Made by a program: the position numbers and the translations under genes
Part shown: in pieces, positions 36,842 to 45,934 of the stretch
How positions within the stretch are numbered: the stretch's first letter is position 1
Layout: every line of letters begins with the position of its first letter
From: a virus
Taxonomy: Duplodnaviria > Caudoviricetes
Virus record (IMG/VR): IMGVR_UViG_3300037418_002260
Coordinates: 3,987 to 67,986 of that record
Reading direction: 5' to 3' (one strand)
DNA length: 64,000 nucleotides
Notes under the pieces: model-generated
The model's database searches: none
What the model saw: only the letters and a program-made list of their open reading frames with translations
Told to the model about the DNA's origin: nothing

Positions 36842-39325
36842 ATGACTGCCTTTGACGAACAGGTGTTTGCGGAAATCGAGCCTCTCCGCGAGGCCGGATT
36901 CGCGATTCACTGGTTGCATCCGAAATCGAAGCGTCCGGTCGGCGAGGACTGGTCGACCAAGCCCGTCGCCACGCTCGAGCAGCTCCGGCGCCGGCACACC
37001 TCCGGCTACAATGTCGGCGTGCGGACGGGCTTCCCGCTAAGCGACGGCTCGTTCCTCCATCTCGTCGACCTCGACATCCGTGATGAGGCGTATGCCGACG
37101 AGGCTCGCGCCAAGCTCGATGAGCTATTTCCGGCGATCGCCGACAGCGTGCCGAGCGTCATTTCCGGCTCTGGCGGATCCTCGCGGCACTACTATTTCGT
37201 GTCGGACAAGCAGTTCCCGTCGAAGAAGCTCGCTCGCAGCGAGACCTTCAAGATGGTTCGCGACGACAAGCTCGGACGCGACGTCAAGAAGCGCGATTGG
37301 GAAATCGACCTGTTCGGCCCTGGCAAACAGGCCGTGCTTCCGCCGTCGGTTCACCCCGATACGGGTCTGCCGTACCGTTGGGAGCGCAAGCCCGACTATG
37401 CAGAGCTCACCCTCGGTCTGTTTCCTCGCATCCCTGCCTCGCAGCTCGAGGAATTGGGGATTCAGGACTCCGCGACCGCCGCGGAAGCGCATGAACTAAA
37501 GCCGCCACTCGGTCTGACCGAGGAGGAGGCCGAGGACATCATCAACGCGCTCCCGCTCGAGGACTATTGCGAGGACCGCGACGGCTGGTTGCAGGTCGGC
37601 ATGGCGCTGCACCACGAGTTCGGTGGCGATGAGGTCGGTTACGAGCTGTGGAAGGAGTTTTCGCAGCAGTCCGACAAGTTCAACGAAAAAGACCAGCGCA
37701 TCGTCTGGAACAGCTTCCGGCAGAAGCCGAACTCGGTGCGCATGGCGACGCTCAAGGCGGTCGCTAACCAGGTGCGGCTCCTCAGCGCGTTCGACGATGA
37801 CGACGACGATTTCGGTGCAGACGATTCCGACGATGATGACGGCATCGACGACGACATTGACGCGCTCATCGGCACTCCATCGACCGGCGATGATTTCGAG
37901 AGCGCGCTGAGCGCCGGAGCGGAGGGTGGCCTAAGCTGGATTTCGCTGATGGATGTGAACGAGGACGGCGCTTTCCGCCCGACCCTTCACAACGTCAAGC
38001 TCATCGTCTGCAACGACCCGAGACTCCAGGGCGTGCCGCAGCGGAACCTGTTCACGCAGGACATCCACCAGCGCACGCAGCCAGGTTTCAAGGATAAGGC
38101 GCGCAAGAATGCCGCGAAGCCGGTCGTCCAGCTCGAGGGTCCGATCTGGAATGTTGAGGACAAGGTAAACGGCGACATTTGGGTCGACGACAAGGATTTC
38201 GCGATGCGGGCGCTCATCGAAGCGCCGCGGACGCAGGGCGGATATGGAATCAAGGTGTCCGACCGCGACCTCAAGGCGGCGATCGCCATTGCCGCGAACG
38301 ACCATTCATTCCATCCGGTTCGCGAGTACCTCGAGAGCCTAGAGTGGGACGGCAAGCCGCGGATGGAAAACCTGTTCGTCGACTATCTCGGCGCGCCGCC
38401 GAACGCCTACACGACGAGCGTTGGGCGCCTGATGATGCTCGGCGCCGTGACGCGGATCTACGAGCCTGGCCACAAGTTCGATTTCGCGGTCATCCTCGAG
38501 GGCCTCCAGGGTCGGCGCAAATCGACCTTCATCCGAATCCTCGGCAAGTCATGGTCGAGTGAGCTCGACGGCGATTTCCATGAGCCGAAAAGCATGGTCG
38601 AACTGATGATGAGCAAGTGGATTCTCGAGCTTCCGGAGCTGTCCGGCTTCGCTCGGGCGGACGTCCGCGCCATCAAGGCCTTCCTGAGCCGCACGACCGA
38701 CCGTGTTCGCCTGGCCTATGCTCGCCGCGCGGTCGATTTTAAGCGCCAGTGCATTCTCATCGGTTCGACGAACGACCGCGAGTACCTCAAGGACGATACT
38801 GGCGGCCGGCGCTTCTGGCCGATGCCGTGTCACGTTCAGAGCATCGACACCGACCGGCTCATCAGGGAGATCGACCAGCTGTGGGCCGAGGCGCTCGCGA
38901 AATATCGCGAGATGCGCGCCGCGCAGCCGTATGGCGAGCTGCCGCTGTACCTGACCGACCCCGAAGCGCAGCGCATCGCCGGCGAGCTACAGGAGTCGCG
39001 CCGCGAGCACACGCTCGACGACGAGTACGCTGGCATCATCCGCGAATGGCTCCGCAAGCCCATCATCACGGGCAGCCTGGACGAGGATTTCGATGCCGAC
39101 GACCAGCCGCGCTACCGCGACAAGGTCTGTCTGCCGGAGATTTGGGTCAAGTGCCTCGGCGGCGACTTGAAGGCCTATCCTCGCGACAAGAAGCTCGCGC
39201 TCGGGCGCGTCATGTCGAACATGGCTGGATGGGAAGCGATCGGCACGCGCAACTGTGGCGAGTACGGCCCGCAGCGCACCTATCGGCGCCTCGATGCGGA
39301 CGAGGAAATCGACGTCATCGGTTGA
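36842..39325 (+). CDS. Primase-helicase (Prim-Pol + PriCT-2 + VapE/VirE P-loop)
   Basis: HWLHPKSKRP, NVGVRTG, DLDIRD, HYYF; RDGWLQVGMALHHE..W..FS (PriCT); LEGLQGRRKST, ELPEL, STND, DDTGGRRFWP. Confidence 0.92.
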   Translation: MTAFDEQVFAEIEPLREAGFAIHWLHPKSKRPVGEDWSTKPVATLEQLRRRHTSGYNVGVRTGFPLSDGSFLHLVDLDIRDEAYADEARAKLDELFPAIADSVPSVISGSGGSSRHYYFVSDKQFPSKKLARSETFKMVRDDKLGRDVKKRDWEIDLFGPGKQAVLPPSVHPDTGLPYRWERKPDYAELTLGLFPRIPASQLEELGIQDSATAAEAHELKPPLGLTEEEAEDIINALPLEDYCEDRDGWLQVGMALHHEFGGDEVGYELWKEFSQQSDKFNEKDQRIVWNSFRQKPNSVRMATLKAVANQVRLLSAFDDDDDDFGADDSDDDDGIDDDIDALIGTPSTGDDFESALSAGAEGGLSWISLMDVNEDGAFRPTLHNVKLIVCNDPRLQGVPQRNLFTQDIHQRTQPGFKDKARKNAAKPVVQLEGPIWNVEDKVNGDIWVDDKDFAMRALIEAPRTQGGYGIKVSDRDLKAAIAIAANDHSFHPVREYLESLEWDGKPRMENLFVDYLGAPPNAYTTSVGRLMMLGAVTRIYEPGHKFDFAVILEGLQGRRKSTFIRILGKSWSSELDGDFHEPKSMVELMMSKWILELPELSGFARADVRAIKAFLSRTTDRVRLAYARRAVDFKRQCILIGSTNDREYLKDDTGGRRFWPMPCHVQSIDTDRLIREIDQLWAEALAKYREMRAAQPYGELPLYLTDPEAQRIAGELQESRREHTLDDEYAGIIREWLRKPIITGSLDEDFDADDQPRYRDKVCLPEIWVKCLGGDLKAYPRDKKLALGRVMSNMAGWEAIGTRNCGEYGPQRTYRRLDADEEIDVIG

Positions 39326-39780
39326 TGAGGTCTGTCGGCGTGGGAGGTTCCTTCGCCTGCTCGATGCCGGAAGGCTGCTAATCCCCGTCACTGCCCGGCC
39401 CGAAGGCCCGCCGACACCTCGTCGCGGGAGTCGGCGCTGAGCCTTTCCACCGCGGACGGAAGCAACGGGTTGTTCGGTCGAATGGCGCCCGTGCGGTCAC
39501 CATAGATTGACTGGCCGAACACAGCCTGCCGCTTGTCCCCGTGGGCGGCAGTAAGCCCGGAACCGGCGACCATGACGACACCGTGGGGAGGCTCACCTCT
39601 GAAACTCATGGCGCCGCCGCGGGGAAAGGGGAAAACCCCGCGGCGGCGTTGTGCGGCTCCCTTGTGGCCTGGGGAGAGCTGCCGGAGTCCCCGTCCTCTA
39701 GGGCCGGGTGTACCGCGTCGACCTAGCTCCCTGTGTCCGGCCCCGAAGGGTAGTCGGTGGAAGCAGTGCCATGACCTGCG
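39326..39780. ncRNA. Candidate structured non-coding RNA
   Basis: About 450 bp with no convincing ORF and several stems, e.g. CGCCGCCGCGGGG-N11-CCCCGCGGCGGCG near 39612-39648. Confidence 0.35.
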
Positions 39781-39855
39781 AATCGGTATATGTGCGACTC
39801 AACCGCCAGTCAACTAAGAATTGACGACCTCAACTTTGCGCTCTAACTCGGCAGC

Positions 39856-40491
39856 ATGGGACTGCTATCCAATCTCGAGCGCCGGCGCCGCCAGTGGGAC
39901 GCCCGCCGCGGTCTGCCGATGAACTATGACGCCTTCGCGCAGATCCTCCGCTCCATGCACTGCCCGGCGTGCGGCCGGAAGCTCCACAACTGCGGCCTCG
40001 GCTATATGGGCTGCGAGCGGTGTCAGCGGTTTTGGGTGGACGAGAACATCAACGACTGCTTCGGCGGCTGTTACCGCGTCTGGATGGAAGGTCGGCATCC
40101 GCCGAAGCTCGGATGGGCCGCTCGAGGTGAGCCGAACCCTTACTCCGATCCGGCGCCCTGGCCGCGTCCGCGCAGCATTGTTGCGCTGTTAATTGACATT
40201 GGCCGATTCCTCATTCCGCCGCCGCCGAAGGTGAAGCCCGAGCCGGCCGAGCTGCCGCGGCCGAAACACCTCGAATTGCCGTCCCCGTGGGAGCCTGGTT
40301 GCACCGCTTTTTGGCTCGACCCTGAGCTCTGGTCTCGCACTCCCGAGGTGAACGGGAGACCTGATATTTGCTGGATGTATCTCGAGCCGCCGCCCGCAAA
40401 AACGCCGCGGTTGCCGAACCGTATCAGCATTTCGCGGCGACCTCGCAGCTCGAGCAACGGTTGGAGCACGATCGCGCGGATCGGCGCCTAA
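39856..40491 (+). CDS. Hypothetical protein with N-terminal Zn finger and Pro-rich C-terminus
   Basis: CPACG...CERCQRFW; 211 aa; TTGACG-N17-TAACTC promoter-like sequence just upstream. Confidence 0.6.
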   Translation: MGLLSNLERRRRQWDARRGLPMNYDAFAQILRSMHCPACGRKLHNCGLGYMGCERCQRFWVDENINDCFGGCYRVWMEGRHPPKLGWAARGEPNPYSDPAPWPRPRSIVALLIDIGRFLIPPPPKVKPEPAELPRPKHLELPSPWEPGCTAFWLDPELWSRTPEVNGRPDICWMYLEPPPAKTPRLPNRISISRRPRSSSNGWSTIARIGA

Positions 40492-40838
40492 AAACAACTG
40501 ACGCTACTCTCAGTTGTCGCGCAGAAAGTCGGTTGTTGCGTCGTTTTGCCTAGAAATCCGCCATTTTTGAGCGGCAGCAACCAAACAACGCACGTTCCTT
40601 GTATAACTTTTCCCCGCAGGGGCTAATTCGGCGTGATTTTCGGCCTCGGTGCTCGACCATTTCATTGCCCTCGGCATTTCTCCCTGAATTTATATAGTTT
40701 CCTAGTCAGAGAGGGTTGTTCCAGTTGTAATGAGCAGAAAACGGCAGAAATTCGCCGAAAATCGCGACAACTGAAACCGACAACCAAGCGACAACCAAAA
40801 CCGCCTCAGTTGTTCTGCGGGATCGGGCTGAAATCCGA

Positions 40839-41193
40839 CGTCCCATGCAGTCCCATGCTGTCTCAGGTCACTATGTCCTAATAGGCCTTTTGAAAACACT
40901 CCAGAATCCCGGCTCAGCGCCACCCGCCCGGCCGTGAATCGCCAAGAAGGACCCGTGATTCAATAGGTTACGGGCTACGGCGAGGCTCGAGCTGCGGAGT
41001 GCCGACGCAAACCAGGCCAGCAATGCAACGCTGTCTCATGCTGTCCCATGACGTCCCATGCAGTGCCACAGAGTAGCGCCGCCTCGAGCGCTCGAGCGTG
41101 CCGCTGTCTCATGCAGTGCCATGCTGTCCCATGACGTCCCATGCAGAGGCAGCGCCTGCGGAAGGGCAACCAGGGCGGCGCTGTCCCATGCAG
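40839..41193 (-). repeat. Arrays of 10-bp GTCCCATG-type tandem repeats
   Basis: 40839-40868, 41031-41068 (CTGTCTCATG CTGTCCCATG ACGTCCCATG CAGTGCCACA), 41104-41143 and 41181-41190. Same unit as at attP, opposite orientation. Confidence 0.85.
40918..40929 (-). other. Candidate cosN (GGGCGGGTGGCG)
   Basis: GC-rich 12-mer sharing GGGCGG with lambda cos, in a long non-coding region; the phage has a GpA-type terminase. Confidence 0.3.
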
Positions 41194-41325
41194 CTCGAGC
41201 TCTGAGGTGCGACGATCAGGCGGGGTAACGGCGCCACCTCGAGCCAGCCGAGCAAGGCCGGCAGCTGGCGCCAGCCGAGGCGCTTCCAGTGCGGCAACCG
41301 GACTCAACTTTTGCAGCTGAGGCAG

Positions 41326-41364
41326 TCAACTAATGGTTGACTTGGCCGCGCGAATCGCTACCGT
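41326..41364 (+). promoter_or_regulatory. Operator palindrome TCAACTAATGGTTGA overlapping a sigma70-like promoter (TTGACT-N16-TACCGT)
   Basis: The same architecture recurs at 44687, 45869 and 49639. Confidence 0.7.
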
Positions 41365-41390
41365 CGAATCAACAAAGGGAGTGAGTCGCA

Positions 41391-41537
41391 ATGGACATGA
41401 ACAGCATTCTAGGCCGCACCGTTTCAGGCTTCGCAGTGAAGGCCGCTGCCGCAGTGCTCGCGCTGTACGTCGCGGGTCAGGCGTGGGCCTATGTCGCGCA
41501 TGTGTTCGGCGCGGTGAACAACGCGCTTCCGATGTAA
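41391..41537 (+). CDS. Small single-TM protein, 48 aa
   Basis: Hand-translated MDMNSILGRTVSGFAVKAAAAVLALYVAGQAWAYVAHVFGAVNNALPM; GGGAG RBS. Confidence 0.6.
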   Translation: MDMNSILGRTVSGFAVKAAAAVLALYVAGQAWAYVAHVFGAVNNALPM

Positions 41538-41569
41538 GCGCAACTCACTAAATAAGGGACCGCATCACC

Positions 41570-41815
41570 ATGACAGACACAGTTGCAATGCTCGAGCGCC
41601 TAGCCGCAATGCCTAAGCCGTTTCAGGTTGTCGGTATCTGGCGCCATGCGGACGGCTCGACCGAGCGCCGTGATTATAGGCCACCTCAGCCGCGCCGCCC
41701 GATGGCCGAGAATTGCGCGAACGGGTTGCGCCGCTTCATCGGCAAGCCTGACCGCACGCCGCAGGGGACGGCTGTCACGCTCGAGTCGGTTGAGGTCGAG
41801 GAGCGCACGCTGTGA
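41570..41815 (+). CDS. Hypothetical early protein
   Basis: Preceded by an ACTCACTAA-AGGGA leader. Confidence 0.65.
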   Translation: MTDTVAMLERLAAMPKPFQVVGIWRHADGSTERRDYRPPQPRRPMAENCANGLRRFIGKPDRTPQGTAVTLESVEVEERTL

Positions 41816-42168
41816 CGCAAGCCGCCGCCATAGCCGCCAAGTTCGCCGAAGGGTTGCGCCACGCGCTGACCGCCGACGAATGGGCCGAGATGCGCCGCCG
41901 CAATGCTGCGCAGACTAACCCCGCCATCTGTCACTCGCACGACTTTTGCGACGCTAACCTAGTGATGGACGCCGCATTTAAGGCGGTCACGGGCAACAGC
42001 ATCGGCGAACGCGAGGAAGCCGGAAACGGCGGAATGAGCGACGCCGAGCTAGAGCTCTGGTCCGATGCGTGGACGATTGCGAAGGCGCGTCACCTGACCG
42101 CCATCGACGTCGACCCCGAGCCGCGAGTCACGGTCGATTCAAACGACCGCGCAACGGTGTGGCTTTGA
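41812..42168 (+). CDS. Hypothetical early protein
   Basis: CHSHDFCDANLVMDAAF motif; coupled start. Confidence 0.7.
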   Translation: MTQAAAIAAKFAEGLRHALTADEWAEMRRRNAAQTNPAICHSHDFCDANLVMDAAFKAVTGNSIGEREEAGNGGMSDAELELWSDAWTIAKARHLTAIDVDPEPRVTVDSNDRATVWL

Positions 42169-42418
42169 GCGGCGCCGCCGATTGTGCCGCGACGCTGGCG
42201 CTATTGGCGACTCTGTTCGGAGTCGTCGCGTGGGGAGCGCGCCGCTGAGATGCGCCGCGACCTGCAATCCAGGCTCGAGCGGGCAAGCGATCAACGCGCC
42301 GTTGCGGCGATGATTGCGACGCTCGACGTCCGCGACCGAATCCCGCCTCTGTTCCGCCGACGCATCGCGGCGACGGTCAGGGCGCTGAACCTTCACTGAG
42401 ACACAAAGGGGAAATGAG

Positions 42419-42721
42419 ATGACTGAGTTTCGGGAAGCCGCACCAGGCCCGTGGGAGTTGAAGGAACGCGACGATTGCAGCGGCTTTGCGCTGCGCGACG
42501 CGGACGGCAGCCTAATCGAATACCTGAACGAGAGTCGGTATGTCGACCAGCGGCACGATCCGGTTCACCTCGAAAGCATCGCGCTTATGGCGGACGCGCT
42601 GGAGATGCGCGACGCCCTAGCCGAGCTTCGGCGACACGCGGAGTCCAACGGTACGACTCCGCCCCTTCACGACATTTGCAAGCGGGTCGACGCGCTACTT
42701 GCGCGCCACCGCGACGCCTGA
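42419..42721 (+). CDS. Hypothetical early protein
   Basis: PGPWE N-terminus; AAAGGGGAAATGAG leader. Confidence 0.65.
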   Translation: MTEFREAAPGPWELKERDDCSGFALRDADGSLIEYLNESRYVDQRHDPVHLESIALMADALEMRDALAELRRHAESNGTTPPLHDICKRVDALLARHRDA

Positions 42722-42747
42722 GCCTCACGAGTCAAAGGGGAAATGAG

Positions 42748-43194
42748 ATGAACAGCCTAGATGAAGCGAACCGCGACGCGCGCCGCGTGAACCGCGCCCT
42801 AAGCGAGGCGGGATTCAGCCCGAACGCGACGAACGGCACCTGGCAACTAACCGACTCTCATGCGCTGTCGATCGCCACGGATAGCACGGGCAACAGCAGC
42901 CCGCGCCTGAACGATTGGCTTCTGACTGTTTGGCGCAAGGGCGGCGCTGAACCGACGCTGGAGTTACGGCGCGATGATGACGGCTCTGACCTATTCCAGG
43001 CTATCGCCGACTCCACCGCGCGCGTCGCGGAAATAAGCAAAGCCGAGCGCGTCCAGGATGCCGCCGCCAAGCTCGCAGCCGAGTACGACTCGGAGTGCAA
43101 TCCCAATCGGGCGGATGAGGTGCGACGCGCTTTTGCGCAGTTGCCGGAAGCGAGCGCCGCCCGCCTGTTTGACATCATAGCGCGCCATTTCTGA
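42748..43194 (+). CDS. Hypothetical early protein
   Basis: Same 19-bp leader as the previous gene. Confidence 0.65.
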   Translation: MNSLDEANRDARRVNRALSEAGFSPNATNGTWQLTDSHALSIATDSTGNSSPRLNDWLLTVWRKGGAEPTLELRRDDDGSDLFQAIADSTARVAEISKAERVQDAAAKLAAEYDSECNPNRADEVRRAFAQLPEASAARLFDIIARHF

Positions 43195-43220
43195 GCGCCA
43201 CACTGAAAAGGGGAAACCGA

Positions 43221-43421
43221 ATGGCATTTCCGGCAACACTCGAATCAATCGCAGCGGAGCTAGATGAACGCGCGGCGAAAACGCGCGCCGTTAAGCCCTG
43301 CTATCCCGTCAACACATCGGCGGATGAAAAGGCGTCGCACCAGGCGAAGCTAGAAGCGAGCGCGGAGGCCTATGAACGCGCCGCCTCAATCATCCGTCAC
43401 CAGATCGAATGCGAGGCCTGA
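43221..43421 (+). CDS. Hypothetical early protein
   Basis: AAAAGGGGAAA RBS leader. Confidence 0.6.
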   Translation: MAFPATLESIAAELDERAAKTRAVKPCYPVNTSADEKASHQAKLEASAEAYERAASIIRHQIECEA

Positions 43422-43423
43422 CC

Positions 43424-43618
43424 GTGGAAAACAGCGTCTATTGCTACCCGTCCGGTCAGGACGGTTGGTTCGCGCCGCGGCTCTATTTCGCCGCCGATGC
43501 GAAGGCCTTTGCAAAGCTGCTTTGGGGAACGGGCGCGTTCAGGCGCGTCGCAGTCGTGAACAAGCGCGACCAGGTGACATGGGAGCGCGGCGACAAAAAG
43601 GAAGGGGACGAAGCATGA
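43424..43618 (+). CDS. Hypothetical early protein
   Basis: In-operon ORF with a probable GTG start. Confidence 0.5.
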   Translation: MENSVYCYPSGQDGWFAPRLYFAADAKAFAKLLWGTGAFRRVAVVNKRDQVTWERGDKKEGDEA

Positions 43619-43887
43619 GCGACAACGCCCGAATCTTCACGCCGCGCCACGCGGTAACCGACGAACGATTGCAGCTCGAGCTATCCGAGACCAGCGACCC
43701 GATTCCAGGGCGCGGCCATTGGGTTCGACTCGTCTGCGACTCGCGGGGACAGCGTTGGCTTGCATGGGGCGCGCCTTGCGGTGCGGGTTGTCATTGCGAC
43801 GCCATAGCAATCGAAGCGCGCGACTTAGACACTCTGTCCGCCAACCGGGCGGGCGACTTCAACGAAGCAATGGAGGCAATCCGATGA
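43615..43887 (+). CDS. Hypothetical early protein (CGAGCHCDA)
   Basis: ATGA coupling on both sides. Confidence 0.6.
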   Translation: MSDNARIFTPRHAVTDERLQLELSETSDPIPGRGHWVRLVCDSRGQRWLAWGAPCGAGCHCDAIAIEARDLDTLSANRAGDFNEAMEAIR

Positions 43888-44324
43888 ACCTGATTCAGGT
43901 GGCGACCTTCACGCATAACGGGCGCCCGTTCTATTCGTTCGCAACGGCGCTCGAGGCTGGCGAAGCGAACGCCGTTGCCGGCGACGTTTGCGACTATCTG
44001 ACCGACACACTAGGCGACGGATTCGCCTATCAGGTGAGTCCGGTCGATTGGTTACGCACGGGGCCAACTGGCGAAGGCGACCGAATCCAGGTGCGGGGTG
44101 CGGCTAACGACGCTTTTGCTGCGGCTGACCTAGACGCTAACCCCGCACCTACAGCGGCGCTTTGCATCACGCCGCACCAGGCTGAGCTAATGGGCGGCGC
44201 GCTCGAGGTCGGGGCCGATTGCGAAGAATGGGCCGACTCCGATTATCAGCAGGCGCGCGAGCTAATGGCAAAGCTCGAGTCCGTTCAGGCGGGCGGCTCC
44301 GTTGTCATCCAGGTGCAAGCATGA
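43884..44324 (+). CDS. Hypothetical early protein
   Basis: MNLIQVATF...; coupled. Confidence 0.6.
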   Translation: MNLIQVATFTHNGRPFYSFATALEAGEANAVAGDVCDYLTDTLGDGFAYQVSPVDWLRTGPTGEGDRIQVRGAANDAFAAADLDANPAPTAALCITPHQAELMGGALEVGADCEEWADSDYQQARELMAKLESVQAGGSVVIQVQA

Positions 44325-44677
44325 CGGCGCTTCGACTCGACGACCAGGCGCTGGATCTGCTCGCCAATGGATTCGAGCGGTTGCCGCGCAACGGAGTCGA
44401 CGATGAAGCTGCGCAAGGCCGAATCGTCCGCGCGCTGATCGAAACGGCGGAGCACTACAGCGCTGCAACCGTCCATATCGAAATTGAGTTGGACGAGTCG
44501 GCCTACGTCGAATCGAAGCCGCCGCGGCGCCGCACCTCTGACCTTGAGCTAGTGCTAGAGCTTGCGGAGCGGTTCCTAGATGAAGGCGCGTTGGCCGACA
44601 AAGGCGAGGCCGCGCGCCATCCGTACCGCGTCGCGATCGCTCGACTCAGGAAAACGACTCCGGAGTTGGCGGGCTAG
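44321..44677 (+). CDS. Hypothetical early protein
   Basis: MTALRLDDQ...; coupled. Confidence 0.6.
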   Translation: MTALRLDDQALDLLANGFERLPRNGVDDEAAQGRIVRALIETAEHYSAATVHIEIELDESAYVESKPPRRRTSDLELVLELAERFLDEGALADKGEAARHPYRVAIARLRKTTPELAG

Positions 44678-44686
44678 GTGCGCAAG

Positions 44687-44750
44687 TCAACTATTAGTTG
44701 ACTGACAACCGCGCACCAGGCTACGCCGCGACTCACTAAAAAGGGGAGTT
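44687..44750 (+). promoter_or_regulatory. Operator/promoter plus CGACTCACTAAAAAGGGGAG leader
   Basis: TCAACTATTAGTTGA (44687-44701) with TTGACT, followed by the repeated leader (44729-44748). Confidence 0.7.
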
Positions 44751-44753
44751 CAG

Positions 44754-45011
44754 ATGCCGCAGATATTCAGCGGAAACCCGCGCAAGGTTATCGTTTCACG
44801 GGCGGAGGTGGCGCTGTTTAACAGCCGCTGGCCGTGCTCCGAGCTGCGGACGTCGCGCCATTACTGGTTCGAGTTCGACGCCCGCGGCGACCTGATCGAC
44901 TCTGACGTTCCGGAACAGGATGACGGCTCCGCCGCCCTGGCAATGTCAGAGGATTGCAAAGCCTTCCTGTTCGACGGCGTAGCGCCCGAATGGGCGCTGC
45001 CGACTCACTAA
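44754..45011 (+). CDS. Hypothetical early protein
   Basis: WPCSELRTSRHYWFEFDARGDLID. Confidence 0.7.
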   Translation: MPQIFSGNPRKVIVSRAEVALFNSRWPCSELRTSRHYWFEFDARGDLIDSDVPEQDDGSAALAMSEDCKAFLFDGVAPEWALPTH

Positions 45012-45025
45012 AAAGGGGAGTTCCA

Positions 45026-45664
45026 ATGCCCGAGACAATCACGAAACTGGTTTACCTGTTCGACGAGCTCAACCCCGCGGCGAAAGAGACCGCGCGGCAA
45101 TGGTTCCGCGAAGGGCTGCCATCGGAGTTCCTCGAGGATCGCGACGATTGGGAGCGGGTTGCTGCCATCATCGGAGTCACGTTCGACCGCCATGACGTTC
45201 GACTCATGGGCGGCGGGACGCGGTCAGAGGCAAACATATGGTGGAGCGGCTTTAGCTCGCAAGGCGACGGCGCGTCATGGGAGGGGAGCTATTCCTTTGC
45301 AGCTCGAGCGCCAGCGCGGATCCGCGATTATGCTCCGCAGGATGAACGGCTCCACGAAATTGCTGACCGCCTGGCCGCTGTTCAGCGCCGGAACTTTTAC
45401 CGCCTGACCGCTCGAGTCCGGACGTCCGGCAACAGCGTCCACGAATACGCAATGAACGTCGAAACGGAGCGGAGCGACGGCGCCCAGGTAAGCGACGCCG
45501 ATGCGAGGGAGGTGACTGACCAGCTGCGAGCGTTCGCGCGCTGGATATATCGGCAACTCGAGTCCGCATGGGAGGACCAGAACAGCGATGAGTCGGTCGA
45601 CGAGTCGATCCGTGCGAACGAGTACCGATTCGAGGAAAACGGGGAGCGGAGCCGCGATGCCTAG
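45026..45664 (+). CDS. Protein of the family usually annotated as antitoxin of toxin-antitoxin stability system (function unverified)
   Basis: MPETITKLVYLFDELNPAAKETARQWF, WWSGFSSQGDGASW, LAAVQRRNFY, ARWIYRQLE, NEYRFEENG. Confidence 0.65.
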   Translation: MPETITKLVYLFDELNPAAKETARQWFREGLPSEFLEDRDDWERVAAIIGVTFDRHDVRLMGGGTRSEANIWWSGFSSQGDGASWEGSYSFAARAPARIRDYAPQDERLHEIADRLAAVQRRNFYRLTARVRTSGNSVHEYAMNVETERSDGAQVSDADAREVTDQLRAFARWIYRQLESAWEDQNSDESVDESIRANEYRFEENGERSRDA

Positions 45665-45866
45665 CCGTTCGCTCGAGCTGCCACCGCTGGCCGGAATGAA
45701 GGCGCGCCGCACGGCGGCCGGATTCACGCAGGAACAGGCTGGCGCCTGGATTGGAGTCACTAAGCAAGGGTTCGCGAAGCTCGAGGCCGGCAGCTCGCCG
45801 CTGGACGTCCGCAGGGCGCGCGTCATTGCGGAACGGCTCGCCTGCCGAATGGAGGATTTGCTCTAA
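45657..45866 (+). CDS. XRE-family HTH protein
   Basis: KARRTAAGFTQEQAGAWIGVTKQGFAKLEAG...IAERLAC. Confidence 0.85.
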   Translation: MPSRSLELPPLAGMKARRTAAGFTQEQAGAWIGVTKQGFAKLEAGSSPLDVRRARVIAERLACRMEDLL

Positions 45867-45868
45867 AG

Positions 45869-45930
45869 TCAACTAACGGTTGACTTGCGCAACCGCGGTT
45901 GACTAGAAGCGACTCACTAAAAAAGGGAGT
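45869..45930 (+). promoter_or_regulatory. Operator/promoter plus CGACTCACTAAAAAAGGGAG leader
   Basis: TCAACTAACGGTTGA (45869-45883), TTGACT-N18-TAGAAG, leader 45910-45929. Confidence 0.7.
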
Positions 45931-45934
45931 TCAT

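Noticed and set aside
39322-39360. Hammerhead ribozyme (TGATGAG)
   Set aside because: No stem II followed by GAAA in the required arrangement.
40865-40874. AGGTCACTAT, resembling a lambda Int arm-type site
   Set aside because: Single copy 13 kb from attP, and the integrase is P4-like. Probably chance or a TCACTA half-site.
40839-41193. CRISPR array
   Set aside because: Units are 10-bp tandem repeats without unique 30-40 bp spacers, and there are no cas genes. DUF2800 is only Cas4-like in fold and sits in the replication module.
44729-44748. Functional T7/T3 RNA polymerase promoter
   Set aside because: It shares CGACTCACTA but lacks the upstream TAATA and the TATA initiation spacing, and no T7-like RNAP is in the window. 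Kept only as a motif finding.
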